Positions 15,201-27,900 of a stretch of 64,000 nucleotides of DNA are shown here, piece by piece. Both the position numbers and the translations under genes were made by a program. Under the pieces are notes generated by a model. The model had not been told where the DNA came from. It was given only the letters and a program-made list of their open reading frames with translations, and searched no databases. Position 1 is the stretch's first letter. Each line of letters begins with the position of its first letter. The stretch is from Selaginella moellendorffii. Taxonomy: Eukaryota; Plantae; Lycopodiophyta. The stretch covers positions 789,236 through 853,235 of the forward strand of contig NW_003314270.1 of the NCBI RefSeq assembly GCF_000143415.4, in the 5' to 3' direction.

Positions 15201-16541
15201 GATTCTGTGCCGTCGGCGGTTATTATACTTGACGTTCAGTGTCCATAAGGCGTAGAGCAAGATCTACCTTCTCTTGATGAGGTTCGCGAGGCTCAAAAGA
15301 TTGAGCCGTGGATTCGACGGCTTTGAGATGGGTTGAGAATCCTGCATCACTTGCTGATGACTTGCCTTTCCGGCATTTACATTCTCAATATTGCCTTGAA
15401 GACAGCCTTCTTTATTTTATGAGGATGGATCCTGATAATCATTTACGACTGGTGGTGCCTTCTATCTTTATTCCATGGTTTCTCCATGCCTACCATGATT
15501 CTCTTGTTTTGGGTGGGCATATGGAACATTGTCGTGTAATTGAGAAGCTGCGCAGGTCTTTCTATTGGCCGAAGATGCGACGTGATATTATCCGGTATGT
15601 GCGTAACTACGTTTGGTGCCAAGCTTGTAATACTCCCCCTCAAGCTGTGGAAGGACAGTTGGAGTCAATTGCAGTTTCCCATCCGTTTGAGTTGGTAGTG
15701 TTTGATCTTATGGGACCTTTTCCACGGTCGACTGCTGGCAATGAGTATGTTATTGTTGCTTCTGACTACTTGACTCGTTGGGTGGAAGTTGGTGCTCTTG
15801 CTAGTGCCTCTACAACTGCTATTGGATACTTCCTCCTCAATCGAGTGGTGTTCCAACATTCTTGTTCAGAGTGGATTCTTTCGGATAATGGTCCCGCATT
15901 TATGGCTGAGGCATTTCATGTTTTGACGTCTCGGCTGGGGATACGCCACACTTTCACGAGTGTTTATCATCCACAACCAGACGGTCTGGTGGAACGGCTT
16001 GTTCGGACATTCAAGGGGATGATTGCGAAGTATGTGAACTTTCAGCATTCGGATTGGGATGGTTATTTGCCGTCTCTTCGGTATGCATATGTTACAGGGG
16101 TGCAGAGTTCTATTGGTGCTTCACTATATAAACTCCTATATGGTCATGATCTAATATTACCAACGAAGATGGGTCTACCTTTGCAATTGCCACGAGCTGC
16201 GGATGCTAGGTCGTGGGATTAGTATTTGACGAGCATTCTTCCACTTGTCCGAGCGGAGTCTACCGAATACTTAGGCAGCGTACAAGTGGGACAACAACGG
16301 TGGTACAACTCCCATCATTGTCCACCTGCGGAGTACAAAGTGGATGATTTGGTGTTAGTCCATTTTCCCCATCTTACGGTACATGGTTTATCTAAGGGGC
16401 TCCTTACACAGTGGAAAGGACCATATCAGGTGTTATAGCAAGTTGGACCACAAGTTTATGAGGTTTGGCATGATGTTCAACAGGCCGATCCTCCAGAGAT
16501 TGTGCGTGCAGCAGTTGAAACGCTTCATACAAAGGGATTAG
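12246..16541 (+). pseudogene. gag-pol polyprotein pseudogene of the gypsy element
   Basis: Fragmented ORFs: degenerate zinc knuckle (YWACDEVGHTYRRC), protease LVDTS, RT YPLP...KLDLASGYWQV...FIDDVLI, RNase H VDASDIGLGGVL...NYSTTEKE, integrase H..GGH..CQAC/SDNG/VERL, and GPY. Many in-frame stops. Confidence 0.92.
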
Positions 16542-16657
16542 GAATAGTTAATACCACCTACAGATCTGCCGATGCCTCCTCCTGACATTCCTCTAGATCC
16601 TGGCCCATCTACAAGAGAACTATGACAGTCTTCCATTATTCCGAGAGGAGGGGATGA

Positions 16658-16832
16658 TGTGAGGGCCAAGTGTATGGCTACAATGCCGTATACTAATATT
16701 AGCGTAGTGGGATTTTGGTAGCCGTTGGATTGGTTTCAATCCGGACCACTCACTCCTGTATATAAGCTAGGGTTTTTGGGCTAATTGATATACACATTTC
16801 TGTATTCCTTTTCCATATTCCAAGCACTCATA
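16658..16832 (+). repeat. 3' LTR
   Basis: Direct repeat of 11838-12012, preceded by a polypurine tract. Confidence 0.95.
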
Positions 16833-17274
16833 ATTTGAAATATTTCCTTTTTTATTTTTGTTTTTATAAAAAAACATTATTTTAAAAATGTGTTAAAAAG
16901 TAAAGTATGAGATCTTGTGACATTTGAAAATATCATTACAACATCAACTTTATGATTAATATTTAGTTTTTAGGCATGTTAAATAAAAAATAAAAATAAA
17001 AATTTGTAATGAAAGTATATATATCATCATCATCATACTTTTACTAATTTTAGCAATTTTAAGTATATCTATTAATATTTAATCAGCACATATTTAATAA
17101 CCAACATCAAAATACAATGCTTTATTAGTAATACTAAACATCAAAGTTTCCAAAATTACATAAAAAATTATTTTTAATATAGCCTTAAAAAATAAAATTT
17201 TACCTTTTGGATACCTTTGAACTCTGAAGGTATATTGAGGAATAAATCTTTTCTCAAAGAAAACTTAACTTGGA

Positions 17275-20200
17275 TTAATTCCCTTGATAATTTCCATATT
17301 CAAACTCAGAGATGACAACAAGAGAATCCCCTCGTGAGAAGCACAGTGGGACATCTTTAGAAGCTGGATTGATCACCTATACACAAAATACTGCATGAGA
17401 AAACAAAAAGAACAAGAGAAGAAAAAACGAATCAGAGAGGAAGAACTTACTGTGCTATTGTGCATTCTATAGCCGATGGCAACTTCATCCCGGAAAACCG
17501 CTCGATCCGCAAGCTCCTGAAACGTTGGAGCCTCTCCGGATTTCATGTAGAGAGCGATATCCTAGAAAAATTTCCTTGGTGAGAACTTTTTATGCTTCGC
17601 TCAGTCTCTCACCTTGACATAGATTTCATTTCCCCAGGGATTGAGAAGCTCAGTCCATATATCATTTAGCTCCGTGTTCTCGGCCACTGTGGAATGGTGA
17701 AAACCAAAACAATTGAAAAATAGAAGAATTATAAAAAATAGAAATCGAAAAAAACACCTTGGGCTGTCACTAGTCCTATTAACTCGCTTGTTCCAATGAA
17801 TGTCAAAGTGTCATGGCTTTTCACAACTTGTTTTCCAAGTTTTGTGTCTACAAGCTCTGCAACTAAGCTTGCAACCTAGTAAAGCAAAATGAGAAATAAA
17901 AAAGAAAGAACGATTTTCCACCTTGACTTTTAAATGGATGCAAACAGATTCAGCGAGCAGAAGTGCATAGATGGACTGCTTATCAGATTTGGAAATGCCT
18001 GTATATAAACAAAAACTGGTTTAGTACTTGAGTTCTTAGTGAGAAAAAGCGAACGAACTTTCTTGCTGCCATTTATCGTCGATGATGACCACAATGGACA
18101 GGGCATCTGTGCTGGATTTGCAAGCCTCGACTTCGGATATCGCGCTTGCCAGGTCTGTCTCGTTTAGAGGATTTCCAATCTTTTGAGTAACTCTGATGTT
18201 CTTGAGTGGCGAAGTTACCAGTTGCCTCTTTTTAAGAGGCTCTTGAGCAAGGATCAGCTGCAAATAATAGATCTCCATTTAGAAAAGGAACGCAAAACTA
18301 GAAGGGGAAAAGATTTACCAGCTCGCTTCCAGGACCAACATAGTCGTCATACTCGGCAACAATGTCTTTCATCGATGGTCTCCATCCCAGTATAAGAATG
18401 TACTCTTTCTTGGGAATGCTCCACTCGATCTAGAAAACCATCCATACGATGAAATATGTTTACTAATACAAACTGTGATAATGGGAAAGGAAGCTCGACT
18501 TACCTTTGAGAGAGGTTTAAGTGATCTTCTAGCGACGCTTGCCATGTTGAATGCCGGAGCAGTCGCGGGAAGTATACTAACTTCTTCACTGCTGTTCTTG
18601 TGGGAAATAATAATTAACTGAAAAAAAAATAAACAAGAAAATGCTATAACGCCTGTAAGACTAGAAAGTTCATACCCTGTCTGTAGACTCCAAGGCAAGA
18701 CCATCTTTGGGATGAAAGTCGATGGCACCATCTCGTATAATTCCACACACAATTCCCTGTGAAGAGAAATCAAATCTCTCAGAAGGAAAAGGAAAATAAT
18801 AATAATAAAGAATGGTACCTCTTGAAAACTATGACGCACATCACGATATTTGTAACCAGCTAAGCTCGGATAGTGTCGCAAAATGATCACTTGTCCTGGA
18901 AGGCATAAAAAGAAACACAGAAAATAATAGAGAGGAGGAATCCAAAAGACATACTTCCATGATCGAGAAGTTCGTGGTACACGTCTATAAGACCATTCTG
19001 TCGAGAGCACTGTACCAAGAGCTTGGAGGATAAATCTTGCACAGTAGTTATGTTTTGGCCCGCGAGAGATTGAAGCAATTGAGCTGTTCCCTCCTTAGAT
19101 ACCTGGTTTCCATCAAAAAGTTCTTCTAGCACCCAGAAAAACCGGAGAAAGTATTACCTCCGCAATAACCTGCACCGATTTTTCCTCGCGTAATGGCTGC
19201 AAAGCCAGCACCGACAGCACCACATCTGCATCGGCCTCGTATCTGGTTTAGAGAAAAGGAAAAAAAAAACAACAATCAATACCGCATTAGTATGGTCTAC
19301 TTACGAATCAGTTTTCCTCGCAAGAAATATGATACGAGAGGCTCTGGAAGCACCAACAGTCTGAAACGTCGAGGTCTTGTTAAGCTTGCCACTGCAAAAT
19401 AATGGACAAGAATGACTCGAGTTCACAAAATATGATCCACTAAAAAGAGCTTTACCTTCGAACAAGGACATTCAAAGCCTTGCATTCTTTGATTGTATTG
19501 GAGACAACACTGTTGCTTTTCTTCATCTTCTCGGATAGAAGAACTACAGTCTTCTTCCTGGACAATTAAAAACAAAAAAAAAAAACAGAAAAACAAGACA
19601 TAAAACAAATTAAAAAAGCCACAAAGTTATGTAAGCAATACCGAGAAGTTGCTGTCTTATTTTTTATCGCCAAGTCTTGCGCCTTGTTGAGCTGCTTGAG
19701 CAGTGTGCTCAAATGGTTATTGGTGCCACAGACTACAGTATGCCCGACCTCCATCACCTCAAAGAGCGCACCCTCGCGTAAGATTTCCATCCGGCTCTAC
19801 AAGTGGAAACGAGAGAGTTATGTTTGATTGAAATCCTGATGTATAAGCTGTTAGAAAAGAAAGAGACGAGAACTCCGGAAGTAAAACCTTGAATTGCGCC
19901 GTGAGTGTGCTCGTGAGGAGCGAGTAGAACATCAAACCACCAATCGCCAGTAGCAATCCAGTTGCTCTTTCCACGACGGTTTGTTCCTGCAAGCAAAAAA
20001 AAAGTTGAGAGAACTTCAAAGCAAAAAAGAGTAAGTTTTACTTTCAGGTGTGTGCTGGAGTTGCAAAGACACGCCCATGCTTCCCAGAAAGCATCGCCTA
20101 GCGTTTGCTTACGTGTTCTAGAAGAAAGAGTAAAAAACTTACCAGTCACAGGAGAAAAAACAGAAGTTTTTCACCTGAGATGGTAGAAAGCAAAGCCTCC

Positions 20201-20988
20201 AATGAAAATAAGAACCGCGCAAGTTGTCCCGAGAATCACTAAATATCTGCGTCAAAACAAGATGAGAAAACAAAGAGCCTGAAGCTTTACTCACGAAGTA
20301 GGATGGCGCTCGAGAACCACGTCGAGTAAATACGAGAGATGGGCGATGGACCACCTCAAGTTTGCTACAAACTCTCTCCTGTGGTTTGATAGCGCAGAGA
20401 GGCTGATAGACGCGAATCGATTCAAGGACGACCTCGACAGTGCCTCGACGCAAACTCTTTTCAAGATATGTGCAATCAAAGCCTTCAAGTTCCAAAGGTA
20501 GAGCGTTGCTGAGACCGCAATCAGGCCAATTGTCACAGTCTGTGAGACAAAAGAAGGAAAAGTAGAGTGGAATTGATCGGAGCGAGAAAAGTCGAAAACG
20601 ATACATACTCTTGTGAGAGGTCTACGGTGATGGTTTGCTGTTCGCAATGTTGTTAAATCCCCCTTGAGAGCCCTCGCTTTCTTTCGCATGAACCTTTGCA
20701 GCATTTGAAACAATTCTCCATCTCCTTTGGAGCCTGGAAAGCCCATACTTTAGCTATTCTTCGACGCGATTTTTCTCTCCTTTCAATCGCAGTACCTTTG
20801 TTGGATGCATAGATTGACCATTTCCTCCTCGCTCGCACAGGCCTGTGCAGAGAGAGCTAATGTGAGATTTTTCCAACTTCTATTCTTTGTAACAACATTT
20901 CTAGAGAACTCTACCTGCTACATTGCCGGTGTGGAGACGGTGAGAGCCACAAGGGATTGCTCGCTATGCCGGGCAATTGCAACATCAT
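17275..20988 (-). CDS. POLLUX/CASTOR-like ion channel (POLLUX-like / plastid envelope channel type), multi-exon
   Basis: Exon peptides [75 protein letters not shown] and C-terminal EVAIGY...INPASK...[11 protein letters not shown]. Start codon tentative. Confidence 0.85.
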
Positions 20989-21293
20989 CTATGATCACAG
21001 CTCTTCGAAGAAAGATAACAAAAGATGACAAGTTACCTGTCCGTGTCTCTCGGTGCGGGTGCGGACGAAGATGGATTTTAACGCGACAAAAGAAATGCCT
21101 AACTCATGCGCGCTCCAATGTCTTGAATGCCCCTCGACCTAATGTTCGTACAAAGAGAAGAAAAAACAAATCCTCAAAACTAAAGTTGACATTCTTATTG
21201 ATAAAATTACAGGATATCTTGTTAAACTCTCTTAAACAAAAGGTGGTCAAAGTTTTACAATTCTCATCTATTATAATAGACGAAAGAATACAT

Positions 21294-23375
21294 TCACAGA
21301 CCAGAATGAGAGAGTTTGGCTTTCAAACTGGACTTATAAATGTTCGAGAGTAACACATAAGCCGACCCATCCTTTCGGTCCAGCTCAAGAACACACTTGG
21401 TGGATTGTTCCCCTCGCCGGCGATCCTTCTGGTTCGTGCATGCTCCAAGCAGGCAACTCCAGTCCAGCGCATCCGGCGAGTAAGGCATGGTTTTGATAAG
21501 ATCTTCGGCATCGCTGAGAAAACCAGCTCGTCCGAGCTGATCAATCACGCAGCAGTAGTGTTGTCTCGTAGGAACCAAGCCGAAGTCCATGGCGATCGAC
21601 CCAAAGCAAAACTTTGCGGGGTAAACCTCGCCCAGATGGTTGCAAGCTACGAGAACACACACAAACGATACATCGTCTGGAAACTCTATCATGTTCATGC
21701 CATAGAAAAGCTCAAAGGCTTCGCTGGAAAGCCCCGCTCGCGCATAAGAGGCAAGAATGGAGTTCCACACCACCAAGTTTCTCTCATGCATCGAATCGAA
21801 GACTCGCCTGGCCTCAAATGGTCGACCATTCTGTCCATAAGTGGAAACCATTGCCGACCAAGTTACCAAGTTTTTATCCTTGATTCCATCAAACACCGCT
21901 TTGGCCTCGTCAATGTAGCCGTGTTGTCCGTACGAGGATAGCACTGCGTTCCATGACACGACCGGCTCGCTGCTCATGTTGTAAAGCATCTTCATGGCCT
22001 CCTCCAGATACCCTCTCTGGGCATATGCCGAGAACAATGCGCTCCAGGTGATGAGATTCCACTCCGGCATGAGCTCTAAGATTCTCCAGGCATCTTCCAG
22101 ATGTCCGTGACGGGCATATGCGCATAGAATTGAGTTGTACGACACAACATCCCGCTCAAGCATGCTCTCTAGCAATTCACGCGCGGAATCAAGATGCCCG
22201 GAATCGGTATATGCTGAAAGGAGAACGTTACATGTGATGAGATTCCAGTGCTCCATCCGATCAAACAAGAGTTTTGCGTCTTTAAGATGTCCGTTTTGTG
22301 CGTAAACCACCATCAGCGCGGTCCACGTGACAGCATCCCGTTCGTCCATTTCATCAAACAGCCTCTTTGCTTCAAAGACTTGACCATTTTGGGCATATGC
22401 CGAGAGCATCGCGTTCCAAGTCACTAAACTCCACTCCTTCATCCTGTCAAACAGGATTCTCGCATCACGAATATAACCGAACTCGGAATATGCAGTGACC
22501 ATTACAGTCCAAGAGACGATATTCCTTTCTTTCATGGAATCAAACAAGCGCTTACATTCTTCCAGATGCCCGTTGTCGGCATATGCACAAAGCATGGCAT
22601 TCCACGCTACTAAATCCCTCTCGTCCATTTGATCGAATACTCTTTTGGCCTGCTCCACTTGACCGTCCGATGCGAACGCTACCAACATTGCCGTCCACGT
22701 TATCAAGTCATGCTCGGGCATACAATGGTACAAATCTTTGGCCGCTTGGAGAAACCCACTATCAGCAAATGCCGTGAGCATCACATTCCAGGAAATTAGA
22801 TTTCTCTCCTTCATGGAATCAAACACAAACTTTGCCTCGTCCAAGTGTCCGTTTTGTGCATAGGCATTTAGCATTGCGGTAAGAGTAACTAGATCTCTTG
22901 CAGGCATGGTATCAAAGAGAGCCTTTGCAGACTCTATATAGCCACGCTGCGCATATGCCACAGTGATTGTGGTCCAGGAGACGAGGTCTCTCTCTGGCAT
23001 GGAATCGAAAAGATCCCGAGCATCTAGCAGATGCCCGGATTGGGCATATGCTGTAAGCATCGAGTTCCAGGCTACTAAGTTGTGCTCTTGCATGCTGTTA
23101 AACGTGTTACGGGCTTCTTGAATATGCCCATTTCTGGAATATGCCGAGAGCATCAACACCCAGGAGTAGATGTCCTTGTTGTTGATGCCGTCAAACACCG
23201 AACGGGCAAGATTGACACTCCCACATCTGCCATAGAGCTCCACGAGCTTGTTGGGGACGTAGGCGTCGGATTGAAAGATCAGGGCGTGGAATTTGGAGTG
23301 GAGATTTTTGGCAGCATCAAGGCTTTTGCACGACTTGAGCTCAAGAATGCAAGAGTTTCTATCAAGCTGGTTCAT
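21294..23375 (-). CDS. PLS-class PPR protein with E domain, intronless
   Basis: 693-aa ORF of 31-aa PPR repeats ending HYCCVIDQLGRAG...DWSCLLGAC...AYVLLSNIY. Confidence 0.92.
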   Translation of the reverse strand: MNQLDRNSCILELKSCKSLDAAKNLHSKFHALIFQSDAYVPNKLVELYGRCGSVNLARSVFDGINNKDIYSWVLMLSAYSRNGHIQEARNTFNSMQEHNLVAWNSMLTAYAQSGHLLDARDLFDSMPERDLVSWTTITVAYAQRGYIESAKALFDTMPARDLVTLTAMLNAYAQNGHLDEAKFVFDSMKERNLISWNVMLTAFADSGFLQAAKDLYHCMPEHDLITWTAMLVAFASDGQVEQAKRVFDQMDERDLVAWNAMLCAYADNGHLEECKRLFDSMKERNIVSWTVMVTAYSEFGYIRDARILFDRMKEWSLVTWNAMLSAYAQNGQVFEAKRLFDEMDERDAVTWTALMVVYAQNGHLKDAKLLFDRMEHWNLITCNVLLSAYTDSGHLDSARELLESMLERDVVSYNSILCAYARHGHLEDAWRILELMPEWNLITWSALFSAYAQRGYLEEAMKMLYNMSSEPVVSWNAVLSSYGQHGYIDEAKAVFDGIKDKNLVTWSAMVSTYGQNGRPFEARRVFDSMHERNLVVWNSILASYARAGLSSEAFELFYGMNMIEFPDDVSFVCVLVACNHLGEVYPAKFCFGSIAMDFGLVPTRQHYCCVIDQLGRAGFLSDAEDLIKTMPYSPDALDWSCLLGACTNQKDRRRGEQSTKCVLELDRKDGSAYVLLSNIYKSSLKAKLSHSGL

Positions 23376-23407
23376 GGAATGGAAGTTTTAAACGGTCAAA
23401 AGATGTT

Positions 23408-24949
23408 ATGATCTACTATTTCTATCCTCATACATATTCTATGATAGAGCGTTCTTTAATAAGATTCCATGGCAAACAGGGTAATCCACACACTGCACGA
23501 AGAGTTTTCGACAATCTCTCCAGCAGAAATAGAGATATTTTTGCTTGGGTAATGATGATTACGGCATATGCTGAAAATGGATTTACATACGAGGCGCGTG
23601 AAATATTTGAACAGATGCCGCAGAGAAATCTGGTGTCGTGGAATGCAATGCTTGCTGCATATGCCCAAACGGGGTATCTTGAAGAATCAAAGGGTATCTT
23701 TGATGCAATGCCAGAGAGGGATTTGATTTCATGGACGTCGATGCTTGTCGCCTTTACAGAATCCGAATGCATGCAAAAGGCGAAATACTGCTTTGACCAG
23801 ATGCCAGAATGGGACCTTGTAGCTTTGACTGCGATGCTTGCGGGATATTCTCGATCCGGGCATCTTGACAAGGCAAAGATTTTGTTTGACGACATGAAGC
23901 ATAACAAAGAGACAAATCTAGTTTCCTGGATTTGTGTGCTCAGTGGTCTAACTGAGAATGGGAAACTAACAGATGCTAAAACCATATTTGACTCTATGCC
24001 AGAACATGATCTCGTTTCCTCGACAGCAATGTTGGCAGCATATGCTGAAAAAGAGCATATTGTAGAAGCAGAAGGAATATTTCAAACTATGCCAGAGGTG
24101 GATCTGGTGTCTAGGAATGCTATTTTAACAGCTTATTCAGAAAATGGTAATTTAGATAAAGCTAAGGAAATTTTTGACACTATGGAAGAGCATAGCATAG
24201 TAACTTGGACGTCTATGATCTCAGCTTATTCCCAAAACGGGCATCTAGAGTTAGCAAAATACGTGTTTGATTCCATGCAAGAGCACAACCTCGTCTCTTT
24301 CAATGCGATGCTCACAGGATATTCCCAGCATGGTTACCTTAAAGAAGCATGGAAAATATTTCACTCAATGAAGGAAAGAGATATTCTCTCCTGGACGGCC
24401 ATGCTCTCGGCATATGCTCAGAACGGGCATCTTCACATGGCAAGACATCTCTTTGATTCCATGGAAGAGAGAAACAGTGTTTCATGGGATGCTATGCTTG
24501 CTGGTTATGCCCAAAATGGAAGGCCATTGGAGGTTCTTGACATCTTCTACTTGATGGAGCTTAATATCAATCCAGATGAGGCTTCCTTTGTGTGTGTTTT
24601 ATTAGCATGCACTCACCTTGGAAGAACCCAAGCTGGAATCTCTTACTTTGTTTCACTAACTGTGGATTTTGGATTGAAAGCAACGAAGCAGCACTACTGT
24701 TGCATTGTGGATCTCTTATCTCGATCCGGAAGACTAGAAGAAGCTGGAGAGCTCATAGCATATATGCCATTTTGTCCAGATTCATGGGAGTGGACATGTT
24801 TGCTTGGTGCCTGCAAGAATCATAACAATGTGGAGCTTGGAGCTCGAGTAACAAACAACTTGTTTAGCTTGAGTGATCAAAATGCTGTGACTTACCTGCT
24901 ACTTGCAAGCATTTGGAGCCTCACTAGCTTGAGTGGCTTTAATAACTAA
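23408..24949 (+). CDS. PLS-class PPR protein with E domain, intronless
   Basis: 513-aa ORF of 31-aa PPR repeats ending HYCCIVDLLSRSG...EWTCLLGAC...TYLLLASIW. Start at 23408 or the next in-frame Met. Confidence 0.9.
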   Translation: MIYYFYPHTYSMIERSLIRFHGKQGNPHTARRVFDNLSSRNRDIFAWVMMITAYAENGFTYEAREIFEQMPQRNLVSWNAMLAAYAQTGYLEESKGIFDAMPERDLISWTSMLVAFTESECMQKAKYCFDQMPEWDLVALTAMLAGYSRSGHLDKAKILFDDMKHNKETNLVSWICVLSGLTENGKLTDAKTIFDSMPEHDLVSSTAMLAAYAEKEHIVEAEGIFQTMPEVDLVSRNAILTAYSENGNLDKAKEIFDTMEEHSIVTWTSMISAYSQNGHLELAKYVFDSMQEHNLVSFNAMLTGYSQHGYLKEAWKIFHSMKERDILSWTAMLSAYAQNGHLHMARHLFDSMEERNSVSWDAMLAGYAQNGRPLEVLDIFYLMELNINPDEASFVCVLLACTHLGRTQAGISYFVSLTVDFGLKATKQHYCCIVDLLSRSGRLEEAGELIAYMPFCPDSWEWTCLLGACKNHNNVELGARVTNNLFSLSDQNAVTYLLLASIWSLTSLSGFNN

Positions 24950-27900
24950 TATTCAAACTTTATCAATGTACTCACTTATGGCAATTCCAATAGTTTGTAG
25001 GAGGCTTTTAGGGATGTCTTTCGCTTTGACGAGATGTCAATATAAGTACCCATTCAAGTATTTCCAGCAAGTGCTTTGCCCTCTCTTTGAATCATTCCAC
25101 AGTCTGGAAGAGTTTTCAATAGTAGTCTGGAGGCAGTAGTGTGCAACCTCTTCACTTCAAGGCTCAAAGTCTTTAATCTTGTGGGTTAGAGAAGTAGTGC
25201 TAGATCTCTTCTTCCTGTCCTTAGCATCTCTAAATAGGTCTGTGTTGCAAATCCTCCTCATAGTCCTCCACTTATCACTGATGGGTGCCAAGACACCTTG
25301 AGGAGCATTTCATCTGTGCTATCTCACATATCCAAATCAAATCCCTCCTACGCTTGGCAAGGCTTATGGGATGCACTCTAGGCTTTCATATCAAGAGTGT
25401 GAGCAAGGCAAATTTGTGCTTGCGACTGATAGACGCTAACCTTGAGTTACATAACCCCAACATGAACTTCTTGGAGCTCCAGATTTGTGGAGGCGTCATC
25501 ACTGTTGACGCTCCCAAGTCACAAGTGTGGCACTGACAAATGTGAGTGGGCGACTGGTTATGAGGTTATACAGGGTAAGATCCTTGAGAGGGTGCTCTTT
25601 AGATGGTCGTCCAAACTAGAGTTGGTCAGTTTCTTATACGTAGTAAAGGATTATTCTGAGTTGTTTTGGTCCTTTCTTGCGAAAATATTATAATTGGAGT
25701 GTTTGAGGCTTTTTCTAGCTTTTTCAGATGATCAAGGGTAAAAGTTGCTATGCATTATTAAGCATATGCTTTCTCAGCTAAGCAAACTTTAGTATCTTGT
25801 GAGTAAAACAGAATTTTGATAGGAAGGAATCAGACATCTCTGGAGCTTGGTATAGCTTGGGAGGATCCATAAAGATCATAAGGTGTGGCAAAAACATGAT
25901 AGAAGCATACAAAACAGACACGGGAATGTGAGAATCTAAGGCTTAGAGGATATAAAGCCAAGGATGGAGTGACCTTTTACTTTGGTTTTAGAAATAAATT
26001 TCCATCTTTTTTGGAAGGAAGAGAGTATTCTTTGTGAGTTTTGGAGTGTCATGAGAGAATTCTGAGTTTGTCCCATCATTATAGTAGGGAGGGAATCTTG
26101 AAGTTGTTTGTGGAAATACAACAATCCCAAGTGTGCTGGAAGTCTTGAGAGAATCTCTAGTGAGTTGGAGTGGCTAGGAGCAAGTTTTGGTGCAAGAAAA
26201 AGCTTGACACCTTCTTGGGTAAAATGCATTGCGAATAGTTGGAGATCAATAATGTTTCCAGGCACATTTGAGAACACGGCAATGCCTAAGAAAGAACCAA
26301 AAGCCATTTCTGTCATGACTAAGAAGGTAGGAGTAGGAAAGATTCACTAGAAAATCCATATGCAACATCTTTTTGGTACTGTGAGCTGGTGGGCAGAAAT
26401 CCTGCTACAAGAAGACCCCTAGAGCTGCAATTGGCAAGCCAGATATGCTCAAGAGCAGTCAGGGCAAAAGGAAGAAGAAGAGAACAACCCATGGACCAAT
26501 CGCTATGTGGATTAAAACCAACTTAGACTATTTTCACCCAGGCTTGCCACATTTGGAAGGTTTTGCCAACACCAAAAGGAGCTGACTATTTGGAAGAGAT
26601 TGGAGGAGAGAGAGTTGGAGAAAAACCCTCCCCAGATAAGTGACTCTAAGAAGGAAAAGGAATATGTTCATCTCTCCTCATTTGCAAGAGCGATAAGAAA
26701 TTTCCTTTTACCGCTGTGAAGTTTCCTACACAACAAGGGGAAAGTGGGGGATAGTGGTAAATGTCCTGGGAATTTTTTTTCTCGCTCCTTGTCATGCGAA
26801 AGATTCCTTTTACCAGCCCTCTGGCTGTCGCCGCTCTCCTTGGTCGATTGGGAAGAAGATGCTGCTTGGCGCCATGTGAGGTGGCCAAAGCAGGGCAACT
26901 GAGCTCCAGTAGCTACAACCTAGGGGACCCAAATCTCAGCTCCTTAGATCCAGTGCTTCCAGGATTCTTGCCTCGAGGAAAATGTCATATTTTTGCGGAG
27001 CGAGCAACATTTGAAGGAGAGCTGCGACAGGAGGTTCCAGCAGGCAAGCCGGGTGATATGCTAGAATGATGGAAAGATCTGGTGAAGAAGCACTAGATTT
27101 GTGGGCATGACCACACTTTAGAGGATCTGGGCCTTAAAACATGCTCACAGCCAGTCGAGTTTCGATCTCTAGGCTCAGGCCTCTCTGGCCTTCATCAGAG
27201 GGTTCTAATGGGTGGGTGGGATCCCATATATTAGAAGCAGTGATGGTCATAAGCCAGGAGCTATTTACGAGATGATAAGGAAAATTTTTGGTGCTTTGAT
27301 CATGCAATCCATACGAGGTATCAGATTTAAATTTATAACACCTTACGTATTTGGTGTTAGTGCTAACGTCAGTTCTGGAATGTGTAACTCCATGATCAAA
27401 GCTAAAAGTCTCCAATGCTACCAACAAAACAAAGCAGCTGCACAACCCAATCTTTTCCTTTAGCAAGCACATTTAAGTTCATAACTTTTTGTATCTAATT
27501 TAATTTGCATGGAGATGGGCAGTGGTTATAGATTTTGTAAACTCTATGAAAATTTAATTATTCATGTATTCAATTATCTTGTCATGGCTTCAGGCAGTGC
27601 AAGCCAATGCAGATCTGAGATAGGTGATTCCTTAGAGAAGAAGAAGCTTAAGTACGTGCAAGGGGTTCTTGGTTGACACACAAACATTGAAAGCATTGCA
27701 TTGACTTTTCATATGATGTACTTCTATATTTTGTACATTTTCAATACAAACAAATTAAATACCAATACAAGAATACCTCTGTCCAAGTGCTGCTGGGTGA
27801 GATTAGTGCCAGTGATAGCTCCCAAGAGAACAAATACAAACCTTAGCTGCCCCGTGGCTCCCACCGTTATATCTAGCTAACACTGTGAGATACACCTGAG

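Larger units (their letters stand above)
11838..16832 (+). mobile_element. Full-length degenerate Ty3/gypsy LTR retrotransposon (no chromodomain seen)
   Basis: 175-bp LTRs at 11838-12012 and 16658-16832 (TG...CA/TA). TSD is ATTT (11834-37, 16833-36). PBS TGGTGGAGGTGAGGGGCATC at 12014 and PPT GAGAGGAGGGGATGA before the 3' LTR. Domain order is gag-PR-RT-RH-INT. Confidence 0.95.

Noticed and set aside
25936-26316. 126-aa ORF as a LINE fragment
   Set aside because: No endonuclease or RT motif could be recognised.
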